A stretch of 42,291 bases of DNA. Origin: a virus (Duplodnaviria > Caudoviricetes). Below the pieces are notes generated by a model. It searched no databases. It saw only the letters and a program-made list of their open reading frames with translations, and was not told the DNA's origin. The stretch's first letter is position 1. Each line of letters begins with the position of its first letter. This document shows positions 1-8,187 of the stretch, in pieces. The translations under genes and the position numbers were made by a program. The stretch covers positions 1-42,291 of IMG/VR virus record IMGVR_UViG_3300033402_000025; one strand, given 5' to 3'.

Positions 1-2
1 TG

Positions 3-164
3 GGCTACACGGAAGTGCTTTCCAAGGGTCTGGGCGTCATGGACGCCACTTCCATCGCCATGTGCCGCGACAACCGGATGCCCATTATTGTTTTCAATTT
101 GAATACAACTGGCAATATAATGCGTATTGCGACAGGTGAGGCTATCGGTACGTTGATTCATTAA
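3..164 (+). CDS. pyrH: UMP kinase, C-terminal end (host gene, partial)
   Basis: The frame from nt 3 reads GYTEVLSKGLGVMDATSIAMCRDNRMPIIVFNLNTTGNIMRIATGEAIGTLIH*, the characteristic PyrH C-terminus. Not in the ORF track. Confidence 0.93.
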   Translation, partial: GYTEVLSKGLGVMDATSIAMCRDNRMPIIVFNLNTTGNIMRIATGEAIGTLIH

Positions 165-177
165 CTTACGAATATAC

Positions 178-212
178 TTGAAAATTACGTACCGTTCATG
201 TACCATAAGGAC
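178..212 (+). promoter_or_regulatory. Putative sigma70 promoter giving a leaderless mRNA for the secreted protein/ZAS/integrase unit
   Basis: TTGAAA (178-183), 17-nt spacer, TACCAT (201-206), 6 nt, ATG (213). Confidence 0.55.
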
Positions 213-527
213 ATGAAGGTTTTCGCTCTATCCGCCCTGCTCACCGCCGCGCTTTCCGCACAGGACGCCCGGCAAATCACCCTCATCCAAGAACATGAAG
301 CGATGGGGCGCCGCGCAGCCGCCCGCATCGAGCACCAAACGAGCCGCGCGCCGGCCACCGCGCCCCAACAGACCAAGCGGTCGGCGCTAAGCCCCGCCGA
401 CGCCGCGGTGCTCCGCAAGGCGATGGAACGCTTGGCGCCATGCCTCACCGGGAAGCTCACCAAAGATCCCGATTCCCCGTTATACGTCCCCGAAGTGGAC
501 GAAGCGTGCTTAGCAGGGAGGCCGTAG
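213..527 (+). CDS. Small secreted protein (signal peptide), candidate lysogen-expressed moron
   Basis: MKVFALSALLTAALSA|QD is a Sec-type signal peptide; a Cys pair lies near the C-terminus; tightly packed with the next gene. Confidence 0.65.
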   Translation: MKVFALSALLTAALSAQDARQITLIQEHEAMGRRAAARIEHQTSRAPATAPQQTKRSALSPADAAVLRKAMERLAPCLTGKLTKDPDSPLYVPEVDEACLAGRP

Positions 528-528
528 A

Positions 529-726
529 ATGATCCTACACGCGCCCGAAGACGACCTGGAAGCATACAGCATGAACCGGCTTCAGAACTCGGCGCGCAGG
601 GCGATCAAAGAGCACCTTTTGCTCTGCGAGCGATGCCGCCTCCGGTTGTCGGCTACCGGCGTCTACGTTCGCGCGATGCGCGCCGGGACGGCCGCCCTTG
701 ACCGGGAAACCATGGGACGCGACTAG
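529..726 (+). CDS. Stand-alone zinc anti-sigma (ZAS, zf-HC2)-like miniprotein
   Basis: N-terminal His plus the HLLLCERC (HxxxCxxC) motif; 65 aa. Confidence 0.75.
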   Translation: MILHAPEDDLEAYSMNRLQNSARRAIKEHLLLCERCRLRLSATGVYVRAMRAGTAALDRETMGRD

Positions 727-737
727 GATCATCCGAC

Positions 738-1922
738 ATGCTCACGATCTATCGTCGTCATCTGGAAGACATCCCCGGCGATCCACCGATTGAGCGATGC
801 AAGAGCAAGCTCAAGAAGCGCGGCCTTTCCATCCGCGAAATCCGCACCTGGAAGCGCTGCGATTGTCCGCTATGGATCATCGGGACCGATCCCCGCGGCG
901 CGTACCACCGCCACACTCTCGACACCGCCAGTTGGGCCTCCGCCGAAGAGAAGAAGCGCAAGATCGAAGCCGGAATTGAGGAGCGCGTCCGAGTCCTGAT
1001 ATCCAAGGCGCTTGACGATTGGACCGATGCCCTCCTGGCCGCCAAGCGCAAACAAACCACCGTGAGGGCGGTACATGGCGCGATGGCGAAGACCCTCAAG
1101 GATTGGAGCGCCCACGCCGGCTACGAGTACCTGGATGAACTCACCCTCTCCGTGCTTGATAAATTCGTGGGGTCTTGGGACTACGCCTCCACCACCCACC
1201 GGGGCCGCATCGACCTCATGCGCTCGTTCTTCCGGTTTTGTCTCAACCGGAAGTGGATCAAAGAGAATCCCGCCTCGGGCCTGATAAAGCCGGAGGAAGA
1301 CCTTGAGCCGACGCTCCCGTTCACCGCCGATGAGGAGAAACTGATCTTCGCCGCCGCCGAGCGCTTCCTTGAGCGCCCGAACTTCAACGGCCTGTGGGTT
1401 CGCTACGCACAGACGGCCATCGCCCTGCTGTACGTCATGCGATGGACAGGGCTCCGTGCTACCGATGCGGTTCTGTTCGAGCCCCGGAAGATCCAGACCG
1501 TCACCGTGGACGGGACCGAAGTCGCGGTATACGAAACGTACCAGATGAAGACCGGAAAATGGGTAATGTGCCCGATCCCTCCCCACGTGGCCGCCCTTAT
1601 CAGATCCGCACCCCGGCTGAGCGAGGAGCACGCGTTCATTCCCGCGGCGGACGCAGGATACATGACGGAACCCCGGCGCGTGTCGAACAACTTCTATACG
1701 GGCTTCCTCTGCCCTTTGGCGACTCTTTCAGGCGTCCCCGAGGTGCGCGCCCATCGGTTCCGGGACACCTTCGCCGTGCGGCTCCTGGAACAGGGGAAAC
1801 CCCTGGAAATCGTCCAGGCTCTCCTCGGCCACAAGTCCATCCGGACTACCGAGAAACACTACGCGCCGTGGGTGAAGTCAAGACAGGAAATGCTGGTACG
1901 CGAGGTCATGCGGACCTGGTGA
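738..1922 (+). CDS. int: Tyrosine recombinase / phage integrase
   Basis: Catalytic motifs TGLRATD, MKTG, HRFRDTFA, LLGH and EKHY; N-terminal H/C-rich arm region. Confidence 0.96.
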   Translation: MLTIYRRHLEDIPGDPPIERCKSKLKKRGLSIREIRTWKRCDCPLWIIGTDPRGAYHRHTLDTASWASAEEKKRKIEAGIEERVRVLISKALDDWTDALLAAKRKQTTVRAVHGAMAKTLKDWSAHAGYEYLDELTLSVLDKFVGSWDYASTTHRGRIDLMRSFFRFCLNRKWIKENPASGLIKPEEDLEPTLPFTADEEKLIFAAAERFLERPNFNGLWVRYAQTAIALLYVMRWTGLRATDAVLFEPRKIQTVTVDGTEVAVYETYQMKTGKWVMCPIPPHVAALIRSAPRLSEEHAFIPAADAGYMTEPRRVSNNFYTGFLCPLATLSGVPEVRAHRFRDTFAVRLLEQGKPLEIVQALLGHKSIRTTEKHYAPWVKSRQEMLVREVMRTW

Positions 1923-1928
1923 ACGGAT

Positions 1929-2009
1929 TTACGGACGCGCCCAAATTATGAACATCGCCAGCGCCAACATGGCGAGCATCCATAGCGGCCAGAAGTACCT
2001 CTGCCCCAC
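1929..2009 (-). CDS. 26-aa single-TM hydrophobic peptide
   Basis: GTG start reading MGQRYFWPLWMLAMLALAMFIIWARP*, SD-like AAGGGGG upstream; fills the gap between the last early gene and the int stop. Confidence 0.5.
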   Translation of the reverse strand: MGQRYFWPLWMLAMLALAMFIIWARP

Positions 2010-2022
2010 CTACGCAGCCCCC

Positions 2023-2235
2023 TTATTGAGCATCCGCCGGTGGAGAAGTTTTTCCGCGTTTGAGCGGATCGAAAACCTCCACCACGTGCTCCGCCAGAAT
2101 CGCCTTCTCCGACAACCCGCGTTCCAGACGAATGGCTGCGCGCTCAATAACGTCCAGTGCTTCATCTCCAGGGCGACCTCCTAGCCTTATACATAAGGCG
2201 TTCAAACGCTCCCACCAGGTCATCGTCAAATTCAT
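2023..2235 (-). CDS. Hypothetical phage protein
   Basis: Abuts the excisionase stop; GGGGT SD-like sequence upstream. Confidence 0.65.
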   Translation of the reverse strand: MNLTMTWWERLNALCIRLGGRPGDEALDVIERAAIRLERGLSEKAILAEHVVEVFDPLKRGKTSPPADAQ

Positions 2236-2463
2236 TTACCCCACCCCCTTGTTCACCATGCGCCGATGCACCCTCTCTACCACGCTGGCCGGGATGCGCA
2301 GCGTTGTATGTGCCCGCCTTGTCCGCGTACTCACCCCCCGGCCGAATTTCAGGACCCCCTCCTCGTCCTGGAAGATGCGGCGAATGGACTTCGGGTTCAG
2401 GCTCCACCATTCGGCCACCTGCTCCGGCGTGTAGTGCGGTTCATCCGGCTTAACAAGCGTCAT
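2236..2463 (-). CDS. Excisionase-like HTH DNA-binding protein
   Basis: HYTPEQVAEWWSLNPKSIRRIF is an HTH_17/Xis-like motif; small, basic, convergent on int. Confidence 0.8.
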   Translation of the reverse strand: MTLVKPDEPHYTPEQVAEWWSLNPKSIRRIFQDEEGVLKFGRGVSTRTRRAHTTLRIPASVVERVHRRMVNKGVG

Positions 2464-2831
2464 CGCCCCACTCCCGCCAGCGCCCCGGTAACGTGCCCGC
2501 GCAACTCATCGATGGCGTACATCCCGAGTTCGAACATCGCGCCCTGAACGAATCCGAGCCATCGATTTACCTTCCCGTCGGATGGCAGATTCGGGATTAC
2601 GGACAGCATCCACCGCAAGTGATACAGCTTTTCGCTCGCGGTCAGATTCACTTGTGAGGTGTCCGTCTTTCTTGCGCCATCCCCCAGGTTGCCTGCGCCA
2701 TGTTTGACGATTCGCTCATCATACGCCCGGCATAGCTCCCACAACCGCTCCCGGTCGGACCATTCCGCCGGCGTATCGGCAACCGCCTTCGGGCGCCACA
2801 ACGTGACTACGTCCCACTCTCGATCCTTCAT
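2460..2831 (-). CDS. Hypothetical phage protein (KVNRWLGFVQG motif)
   Basis: ATGA-type overlaps at both ends. Confidence 0.75.
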   Translation of the reverse strand: MKDREWDVVTLWRPKAVADTPAEWSDRERLWELCRAYDERIVKHGAGNLGDGARKTDTSQVNLTASEKLYHLRWMLSVIPNLPSDGKVNRWLGFVQGAMFELGMYAIDELRGHVTGALAGVGR

Positions 2832-3088
2832 TCGCACCCCTCGAACAACCCCATCTGCCCCACTGCCTCTCCCAACTCAAACACCCGGAGCCTCACTCCC
2901 TTGCGGGCCGCGTATTCCCGCGACCACTGTTCCGCGTGCGCGGCCGTGTTGGCGATAGCCGCCCGCTCGCCCTTCGCGTGGTTGCGTCCGCCACAGACGC
3001 AATCGCAGGCGGTGTGCCTGGCGCCGTAGCAGCGCGCGTCGCACCGCCCGACGCACCCCTCCGAGTTGTACACGCTCAGCAGCGTCAT
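2828..3088 (-). CDS. Cys-rich putative Zn-binding protein with a C-terminal clamp-binding-like motif
   Basis: CDARC..CDCVCGGRNH; ends GQMGLFEGCE. Confidence 0.75.
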   Translation of the reverse strand: MTLLSVYNSEGCVGRCDARCYGARHTACDCVCGGRNHAKGERAAIANTAAHAEQWSREYAARKGVRLRVFELGEAVGQMGLFEGCE

Positions 3089-3091
3089 GGC

Positions 3092-4423
3092 TCATCCTTG
3101 CGGTTCGCTCGACATCGCCCGCTCCTCAAACCGCACGATCTCGCCGAAGAACGACATCGGTATAATGCCCTCCGGGCCGTCCCGTTGCTTGGCAACGATC
3201 AACTCGGCAAACCCGTCCTTGGGATCGTCCGGCCTGCGGTATACGTCCTCGCGGAAGATGAACCCCACCAGGTCGGCATCCTGCTCCACCGCGCCCGATT
3301 CACGCAAGTCCGACAGTACGGGCCTGTGGTCCTGTCGTGCGTCCACGGCCCGGCTCAGTTGGCTCAGGGCAATGAACGGCACATCGCAGTCTTTGGCGAT
3401 CACCTTCACGTTGCGGCTGATACGCGACATCTCAGAAACGCGGAACTCATCCTTCCCCTGTAGGAGCAACTGAAGGTAGTCCAGAATCACAAGGTGCAGG
3501 CCTCCACGCGCCTTTTCCTTGCGAATCTTGGCGTGGATATCCTCCATGGTCGTGTTTGCCCGCTGGTCGATCAGTATCCGGTCATCCGCCGCTATCTCGC
3601 CCGCCGCACGCCCGATAGCTTTCCGCTCCTCTTCGTTAAGCCATCCGCCGGTGAACCGTCTGAGATTCACACGCGCGCGCGAACAGATAAGCCGGTCCAA
3701 CAGGCTCACGTCCGACATCTCCAGCGAGAAGATCGCAGTGCGCTTGTCGTGATCCACCGACACCCGCTCCGCGATATTCAGTGCCAGCGCCGTCTTTCCC
3801 ATCCGTGGCCGTGCGCCGATTACATACAAGCGACCGCCCTCGAATCCCCCGGTCAGAGTGTCCAGCATCGGGTAGCCCGACGCCAGCCCTCTAGCGCGCG
3901 TCTTCCGGTCCAGGTATTTCTGGAACCCTCCCTCACGAGTTATGATCTGGGACGCGGTGAGGAACGTTGTCTCGGAGCACCCTTCTGCCAGGGCGAGAAT
4001 CGTAGAGTTTGCGCCGGCCAGTATCTCAGCCGGGATTTCATCCCCGGCCAAACATCGATTCTGTAGGTGCTCCGCGGCGAAGTAGATTCGCCGCAGCGTG
4101 GACTTATCCAGCACGATCCGAATGTAGCTGTCGATGTTCGGTATCCTGGGCAGGCCGTCATCGAGCGAGACCAGGTAGCCCAAGCCGTCGCAGGACTCCA
4201 GTTGGTCGCACTTCATCAACTCGTTGGCGACGGTCACGCGGTCGATGCGTTCGCCGCGCGACTGGAGATCTCCCATGCGCCGGAAGATGCGCCGATGCTT
4301 CTCGAGACTGAAGTCATCGGCTTCGAGCGCGCCGGCCGCTATGACGTACCACGTATCATCGAGCAGAATGGAGCCAAGCACGAACCGCTCGGCGTCCACG
4401 TTCGCCGGCAGCCCCGCGCTCAC
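3092..4423 (-). CDS. dnaB: Replicative DNA helicase, DnaB family
   Basis: LPANVDAERFVLGSIL N-terminus, Walker A GARPRMGKT, FSLEMS, ILDYLQL, LSDLRESGAVEQDAD, AKQRDG. GTG start at 4423 overlaps the upstream stop. Confidence 0.96.
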   Translation of the reverse strand: MSAGLPANVDAERFVLGSILLDDTWYVIAAGALEADDFSLEKHRRIFRRMGDLQSRGERIDRVTVANELMKCDQLESCDGLGYLVSLDDGLPRIPNIDSYIRIVLDKSTLRRIYFAAEHLQNRCLAGDEIPAEILAGANSTILALAEGCSETTFLTASQIITREGGFQKYLDRKTRARGLASGYPMLDTLTGGFEGGRLYVIGARPRMGKTALALNIAERVSVDHDKRTAIFSLEMSDVSLLDRLICSRARVNLRRFTGGWLNEEERKAIGRAAGEIAADDRILIDQRANTTMEDIHAKIRKEKARGGLHLVILDYLQLLLQGKDEFRVSEMSRISRNVKVIAKDCDVPFIALSQLSRAVDARQDHRPVLSDLRESGAVEQDADLVGFIFREDVYRRPDDPKDGFAELIVAKQRDGPEGIIPMSFFGEIVRFEERAMSSEPQG

Positions 4424-5106
4424 TGCCGTTCCCCAGTAATGGATTTCGGATCGAAGTATGCCGTCGGCTTCTCGGGAGCCGACGCCTTGAAGCCGCTGTA
4501 CTTCCCCTCGGCGATGAACTTCGAGGCCCACGGAACAAACTTGCCGTCATCCTTGCGCCAGTCATCCGACGCGATGGCCCGCCGCAAGCCGGCCAGGATC
4601 GCCTCATCCTCGGCGCGTGAGATGAAGATCTGGCAAGCCATCTGCTCATCGAACCGATGCGCCGGGTACAGACGCTTAAATTCGTCCCAGCGCGCGATGG
4701 ACACCACCTCTTCGGTAGCCGGAGTTGGAGGCGCCTGTTTGATCGCTCCGCCCGCCTTCACAGGCCGCCCTCCGCGCTTGCCGTTCTCCGCGAGCTGCGC
4801 GCGTCGCTCCTCATCGCGCACCATGCGCCGGGAAAAAATGACGCGATCCTCGGTCCGGCTGAACACGCCGCGCTCCGCCAGCTCGGCGAGCAGGCGCGAG
4901 TATTCGTCCAGGGGCAGGCCCACCAGCCGCAAAACGAACTCCAGCGGGAGCGCCCCACGCTCATCGGCCAGATGTCCGTACGGCGTCCCCTCATGCATCA
5001 GGCATAAGAGGTCCGCCCAGAGCCCGCGCGCCGCGATGGAGCATTGGCGGAGCGCAAGATCCCAAATCCACTCCTTCGGATAGAACTGAAACGACGGCCG
5101 CTTCAT
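4420..5106 (-). CDS. Phage replication initiator (replisome organiser-like)
   Basis: MKRPSFQFYPKEW...ARGLWADLLCLMH N-terminus, NGKRGG linker, WRKDDGKFVPWASKFI C-terminus; immediately upstream of dnaB. Confidence 0.8.
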   Translation of the reverse strand: MKRPSFQFYPKEWIWDLALRQCSIAARGLWADLLCLMHEGTPYGHLADERGALPLEFVLRLVGLPLDEYSRLLAELAERGVFSRTEDRVIFSRRMVRDEERRAQLAENGKRGGRPVKAGGAIKQAPPTPATEEVVSIARWDEFKRLYPAHRFDEQMACQIFISRAEDEAILAGLRRAIASDDWRKDDGKFVPWASKFIAEGKYSGFKASAPEKPTAYFDPKSITGERQ

Positions 5107-5864
5107 GCGATCCTCGGCATTTCCGTCCACTCGCGCCCATCCAGCATCCGCCCCTCCGCCTTCTTACCCCACTGCTTAAAAAAGAACGGGATATCGGCCC
5201 TCCGGCATTGCTCCCGGAGGGATCGAGCCCAATCCGGGTCTATCGGGCGAGCGCCTGGCCCGCTCTCGCCGCCCACTATTACCCAGTTCAGATTTCCAAG
5301 GCCCTGCGCCGGAGGCCCCAACAGCGGCTCCATGGAAGCGAACCGCACCGAAGCGCCCGGAACCTTCGCGAGAGATTCCAGCCGAAGAGCCGTGCTGGAG
5401 TCGGTAACCGTCACTCCCGGCCAGACGTTCCGCGGGATCGGGTTACTCCGCCAGTACGCCAGCATCCGCCGCCCGCGCTTCGTCAGCAGGATGTAGACGT
5501 GCGGCGAATCCGCCATCGCCGGCAGGGCCGGCGTGAGCCACGTCTCCGGGTCGATGCTCTCCGTGAATGGGTCCGACAGGTCGCACACGAAGATGATGCG
5601 CGGATACCCGTCGAGCCACGGCTTGTCCGGCCGCGGCTTCCCGGTCAGGTCCGGCCACTTGATAGCTTTCGCCAGGCGGCCCTGGATCAGCGTCGGGGTA
5701 TCGAAGGACGGCCCCCATCCTGGAAGCCCCGCGTACCGCCCCACGAGCGCGGCTGCATAGCAATGGCTCTCAGGTTTACCCTTCCGGTGAAGCTCGCATC
5801 CATCGCATCCCACGATCTCATTGACCGTGGAGTCGCACCAGCCGATGTCCGTTTTAATCCCCAC
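5103..5864 (-). CDS. DUF5131 / phage Gp37Gp68 family protein
   Basis: TDIGWCDSTVN, Cys cluster GCDGC..CYA, IFVCDLSDPF, LLTKR, SMEPLLG, WVIVGGESG, PFFFKQWG. Confidence 0.92.
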   Translation of the reverse strand: MGIKTDIGWCDSTVNEIVGCDGCELHRKGKPESHCYAAALVGRYAGLPGWGPSFDTPTLIQGRLAKAIKWPDLTGKPRPDKPWLDGYPRIIFVCDLSDPFTESIDPETWLTPALPAMADSPHVYILLTKRGRRMLAYWRSNPIPRNVWPGVTVTDSSTALRLESLAKVPGASVRFASMEPLLGPPAQGLGNLNWVIVGGESGPGARPIDPDWARSLREQCRRADIPFFFKQWGKKAEGRMLDGREWTEMPRIA

Positions 5865-6123
5865 ACCACACCACCCCGGCGATCAGCCGATCTCCGACGG
5901 CCAGCATGGCCGCATCGTATTCCGCGCGAGTTGCGCACTTACGCGACAAAACCAGGGCGATTCCATCCGCATAGATGTAGTGGACCGTGCCGTATAGCGG
6001 ACGCGTGCAACCCGCCCCATGGCTGTAGCCCTTGTCCGGCCAGATACACGCCTCGCAGCCCCTCACCTGGGCCGGCGGACCGACGGTGAATGACTTGTTT
6101 AGGTATTGCGTACAGCCTCCCAC
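5854..6123 (-). CDS. Hypothetical Cys-containing protein (start uncertain)
   Basis: Fills the operon gap; CEAC motif. No clean ATG; an ACG lies just after a GGAGG. Confidence 0.5.
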   Translation of the reverse strand: MGGCTQYLNKSFTVGPPAQVRGCEACIWPDKGYSHGAGCTRPLYGTVHYIYADGIALVLSRKCATRAEYDAAMLAVGDRLIAGVVWCGD

Positions 6124-6398
6124 ACCACAGCCGGCCTCCCGCTGGCCGTCTTCCGCGTTTTCCCCGAGGCCCGCACCTTGCCGGCCCGCACCAGTTCGAT
6201 CCGCCGCGGCCGTTCCGTGCTCGGGTTCAGCTTCAACGAGCGCTGGATCTCCTCATCCGTAAGGCCGCCGAATTTCCGCGAGATGATGTCGAGAACGGCG
6301 GCCCGGTCCACCTTGGCGCCCGGACGCATCGCCTCCGCCGCGCCAATCGAGGTCGGGGAGTGCGGTTGGTACGGCAGCATCTCCGGAGCGTCGAACAT
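6099..6398 (-). CDS. Winged-helix-like phage DNA-binding protein
   Basis: GGLTDEEIQRSLKLNPSTERPRRIELVRAG..SGKTRKTASGRPAVVW pattern. An upstream in-frame ATG at 6416 is cut off by a TAG. Confidence 0.75.
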   Translation of the reverse strand: MFDAPEMLPYQPHSPTSIGAAEAMRPGAKVDRAAVLDIISRKFGGLTDEEIQRSLKLNPSTERPRRIELVRAGKVRASGKTRKTASGRPAVVWEAVRNT

Positions 6399-6421
6399 CT
6401 AGAGTTGACCGCTCATCGCCA

Positions 6422-6796
6422 TCACCGAACAATCGTTACCTTGCCCTTGACCAGATACTCTTCCGCGGCCTTTGTCAGCCAGTAAGCCTTGGTGGTCAAG
6501 TCGCGCTGTTTGCCTCGGATCTTGTCCACTATCCGGTCAAGCCCTTCAGTGTCGCGCGCCTTTGTCAGCAGGCGCGCCTGCTTCCACCCCTCGCGGATCT
6601 CGGCTTCGATCACTATCTTTTCGAGCGCCGTGTACATATCGCGTTCTTCGATGAGGCCGAGGGCAACCAAGTCGCCCTTAACCCTGTAGTCGATATGCCG
6701 TTCACGGCCGCCGCCGTTCGACATCGCCACCAAAGTGAACATCTGGCTGGAAGTCAGCTTGATCTGCTTTACGATCTCGATGTTTTCTCGCGTCAT
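6422..6796 (-). CDS. Hypothetical protein (possible winged helix with helical insert)
   Basis: ATG at 6796 overlaps the upstream stop; LTSSQMFTL...ALGLIEE...YWLTKAAEEYL. Confidence 0.7.
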   Translation of the reverse strand: MTRENIEIVKQIKLTSSQMFTLVAMSNGGGRERHIDYRVKGDLVALGLIEERDMYTALEKIVIEAEIREGWKQARLLTKARDTEGLDRIVDKIRGKQRDLTTKAYWLTKAAEEYLVKGKVTIVR

Positions 6797-7050
6797 AATC
6801 CTCGCGCCCTCCTGTTCCGCACCTCTCGCGCCAATTCCTCGGCCACCTGATGCGCCGGGCCCGGTCCATTTCGCTCCCAATAGGGAGTCGCGAACTCCCG
6901 CAACGCATCGGCCCGCGCCGCCAGGAGCGCGGTAGCCGCGCGCTCCGTGAACACAGCCTTATGCGCGTGGCTGAGGAACGTGGGAGCATACATCCCAACC
7001 AACGCAGTCGCCGACTCCCTGCACTTCGCCAATTCGCCCGCAACGTCCAT
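6793..7050 (-). CDS. Hypothetical phage protein
   Basis: Packed between dnaN and the next gene. Confidence 0.65.
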   Translation of the reverse strand: MDVAGELAKCRESATALVGMYAPTFLSHAHKAVFTERAATALLAARADALREFATPYWERNGPGPAHQVAEELAREVRNRRARGL

Positions 7051-7052
7051 CG

Positions 7053-8141
7053 TCAGATCCTCATCGGCATCACGATGTACCGGTAGTCGCCGCTCCCGGA
7101 CGGCCGCAACTCACCCGCTGCTTTCGCCTCGCTCAGGTGCAGCGTCACCGCCTCGGCATCCACCACTCCCAGGAAATCCGCCAGGTAGGCCGCGTTGAAG
7201 CCGATCTCCAGCGGCGCGCCCGCGTAGTCGCATGGCACCGCATCCGCGCTTTCGCCGCTCTCCATCGTGGATGCCGACACCTCCAACTCGCCGTCCTTGA
7301 GCGACAGGCGTATCGCGTGGCTCCGCTCATCGGCGAACTGCGCCACGCGCGATATCGCCGCCGCCAACTGCGCCCGGTTGACCGTTACCACCGTCTTGGA
7401 GTCTTTCGGCAGTATGCGCTGATAGTCCGGGAAGTTGCCAGACATCTTGCGCGTCGTCAGGAGCGCATCCCCGGACCGGAAGAACAGGTGATTGTCATCC
7501 TGTGAGATAGCGAAGGATTCCGCCCCGTTCGTCAACTGGGACAGGTTACGTATGGCGGATGCCGGCAGCAGGAAATTCGTAGGCTGCTCGCCGGCCAAGT
7601 CCGCCGCCGCGACCGCCAGGCGGTGGCCGTCGGTTCCCACCAGGCGCAAGTGCCCCTCGCGATGGTCGAACAACGCCCCGTTGAGCGTGAACCGGGATTG
7701 TTCCGTGGTGATGGCCAGCCTGACCCGATTGACCAGCGTCAAAAACATCGCAACCGGGACGGTGAGAACGGCCTCCGGCATGGCGGGTAGTTCGGGAAAG
7801 CCCTCGGCGGACATCCCGGCGATGCGCGTGCGCGACCGGCCGGCCGTCACCGAAGCCCAGAAATTCTCGCCCACCTTGAAACCGACATCCCCATCCGGCA
7901 GCAGCCGGCTGTAATCCGCCAGCTTCTTCGCCGGCAGGGTCGTAACGCCCGGCGTCGTCACCTTCGCCTCGATGCGCACGCTCAGCGCGGCATCCAGGTC
8001 CGTGGCCGTTAGGGTCAAGCTGTCCGCTTCGGCCTGCAACCTGACGTTCGACAGGATCGGGATAGTGGAGCGCTTCTCCACCACCCTGGAAGCCAGGGCG
8101 AGCGCCGAACATAGGGCGGACTTTGAGACGGAAAACTGCAT
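7053..8141 (-). CDS. dnaN: DNA polymerase III beta sliding clamp (phage-encoded)
   Basis: STIPILSNV, ATDLD, GTDGHRL, GNFPDYQRILP, IGFNAAYL, YIVMPMRI; full length (362 aa) with a GGAGG RBS. Confidence 0.96.
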   Translation of the reverse strand: MQFSVSKSALCSALALASRVVEKRSTIPILSNVRLQAEADSLTLTATDLDAALSVRIEAKVTTPGVTTLPAKKLADYSRLLPDGDVGFKVGENFWASVTAGRSRTRIAGMSAEGFPELPAMPEAVLTVPVAMFLTLVNRVRLAITTEQSRFTLNGALFDHREGHLRLVGTDGHRLAVAAADLAGEQPTNFLLPASAIRNLSQLTNGAESFAISQDDNHLFFRSGDALLTTRKMSGNFPDYQRILPKDSKTVVTVNRAQLAAAISRVAQFADERSHAIRLSLKDGELEVSASTMESGESADAVPCDYAGAPLEIGFNAAYLADFLGVVDAEAVTLHLSEAKAAGELRPSGSGDYRYIVMPMRI

Positions 8142-8187
8142 ACTGATCCTCCAATAGTTGATGGCTTGTTGTGGTCTGCCCGCGCGG

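Noticed and set aside
165-200. Repeated TTACG as integrase arm-binding sites
   Set aside because: Too short to distinguish from chance without the other att end.
4420-5106. Iteron-type origin within the initiator gene
   Set aside because: No clear direct repeats or AT-rich tract found by eye.
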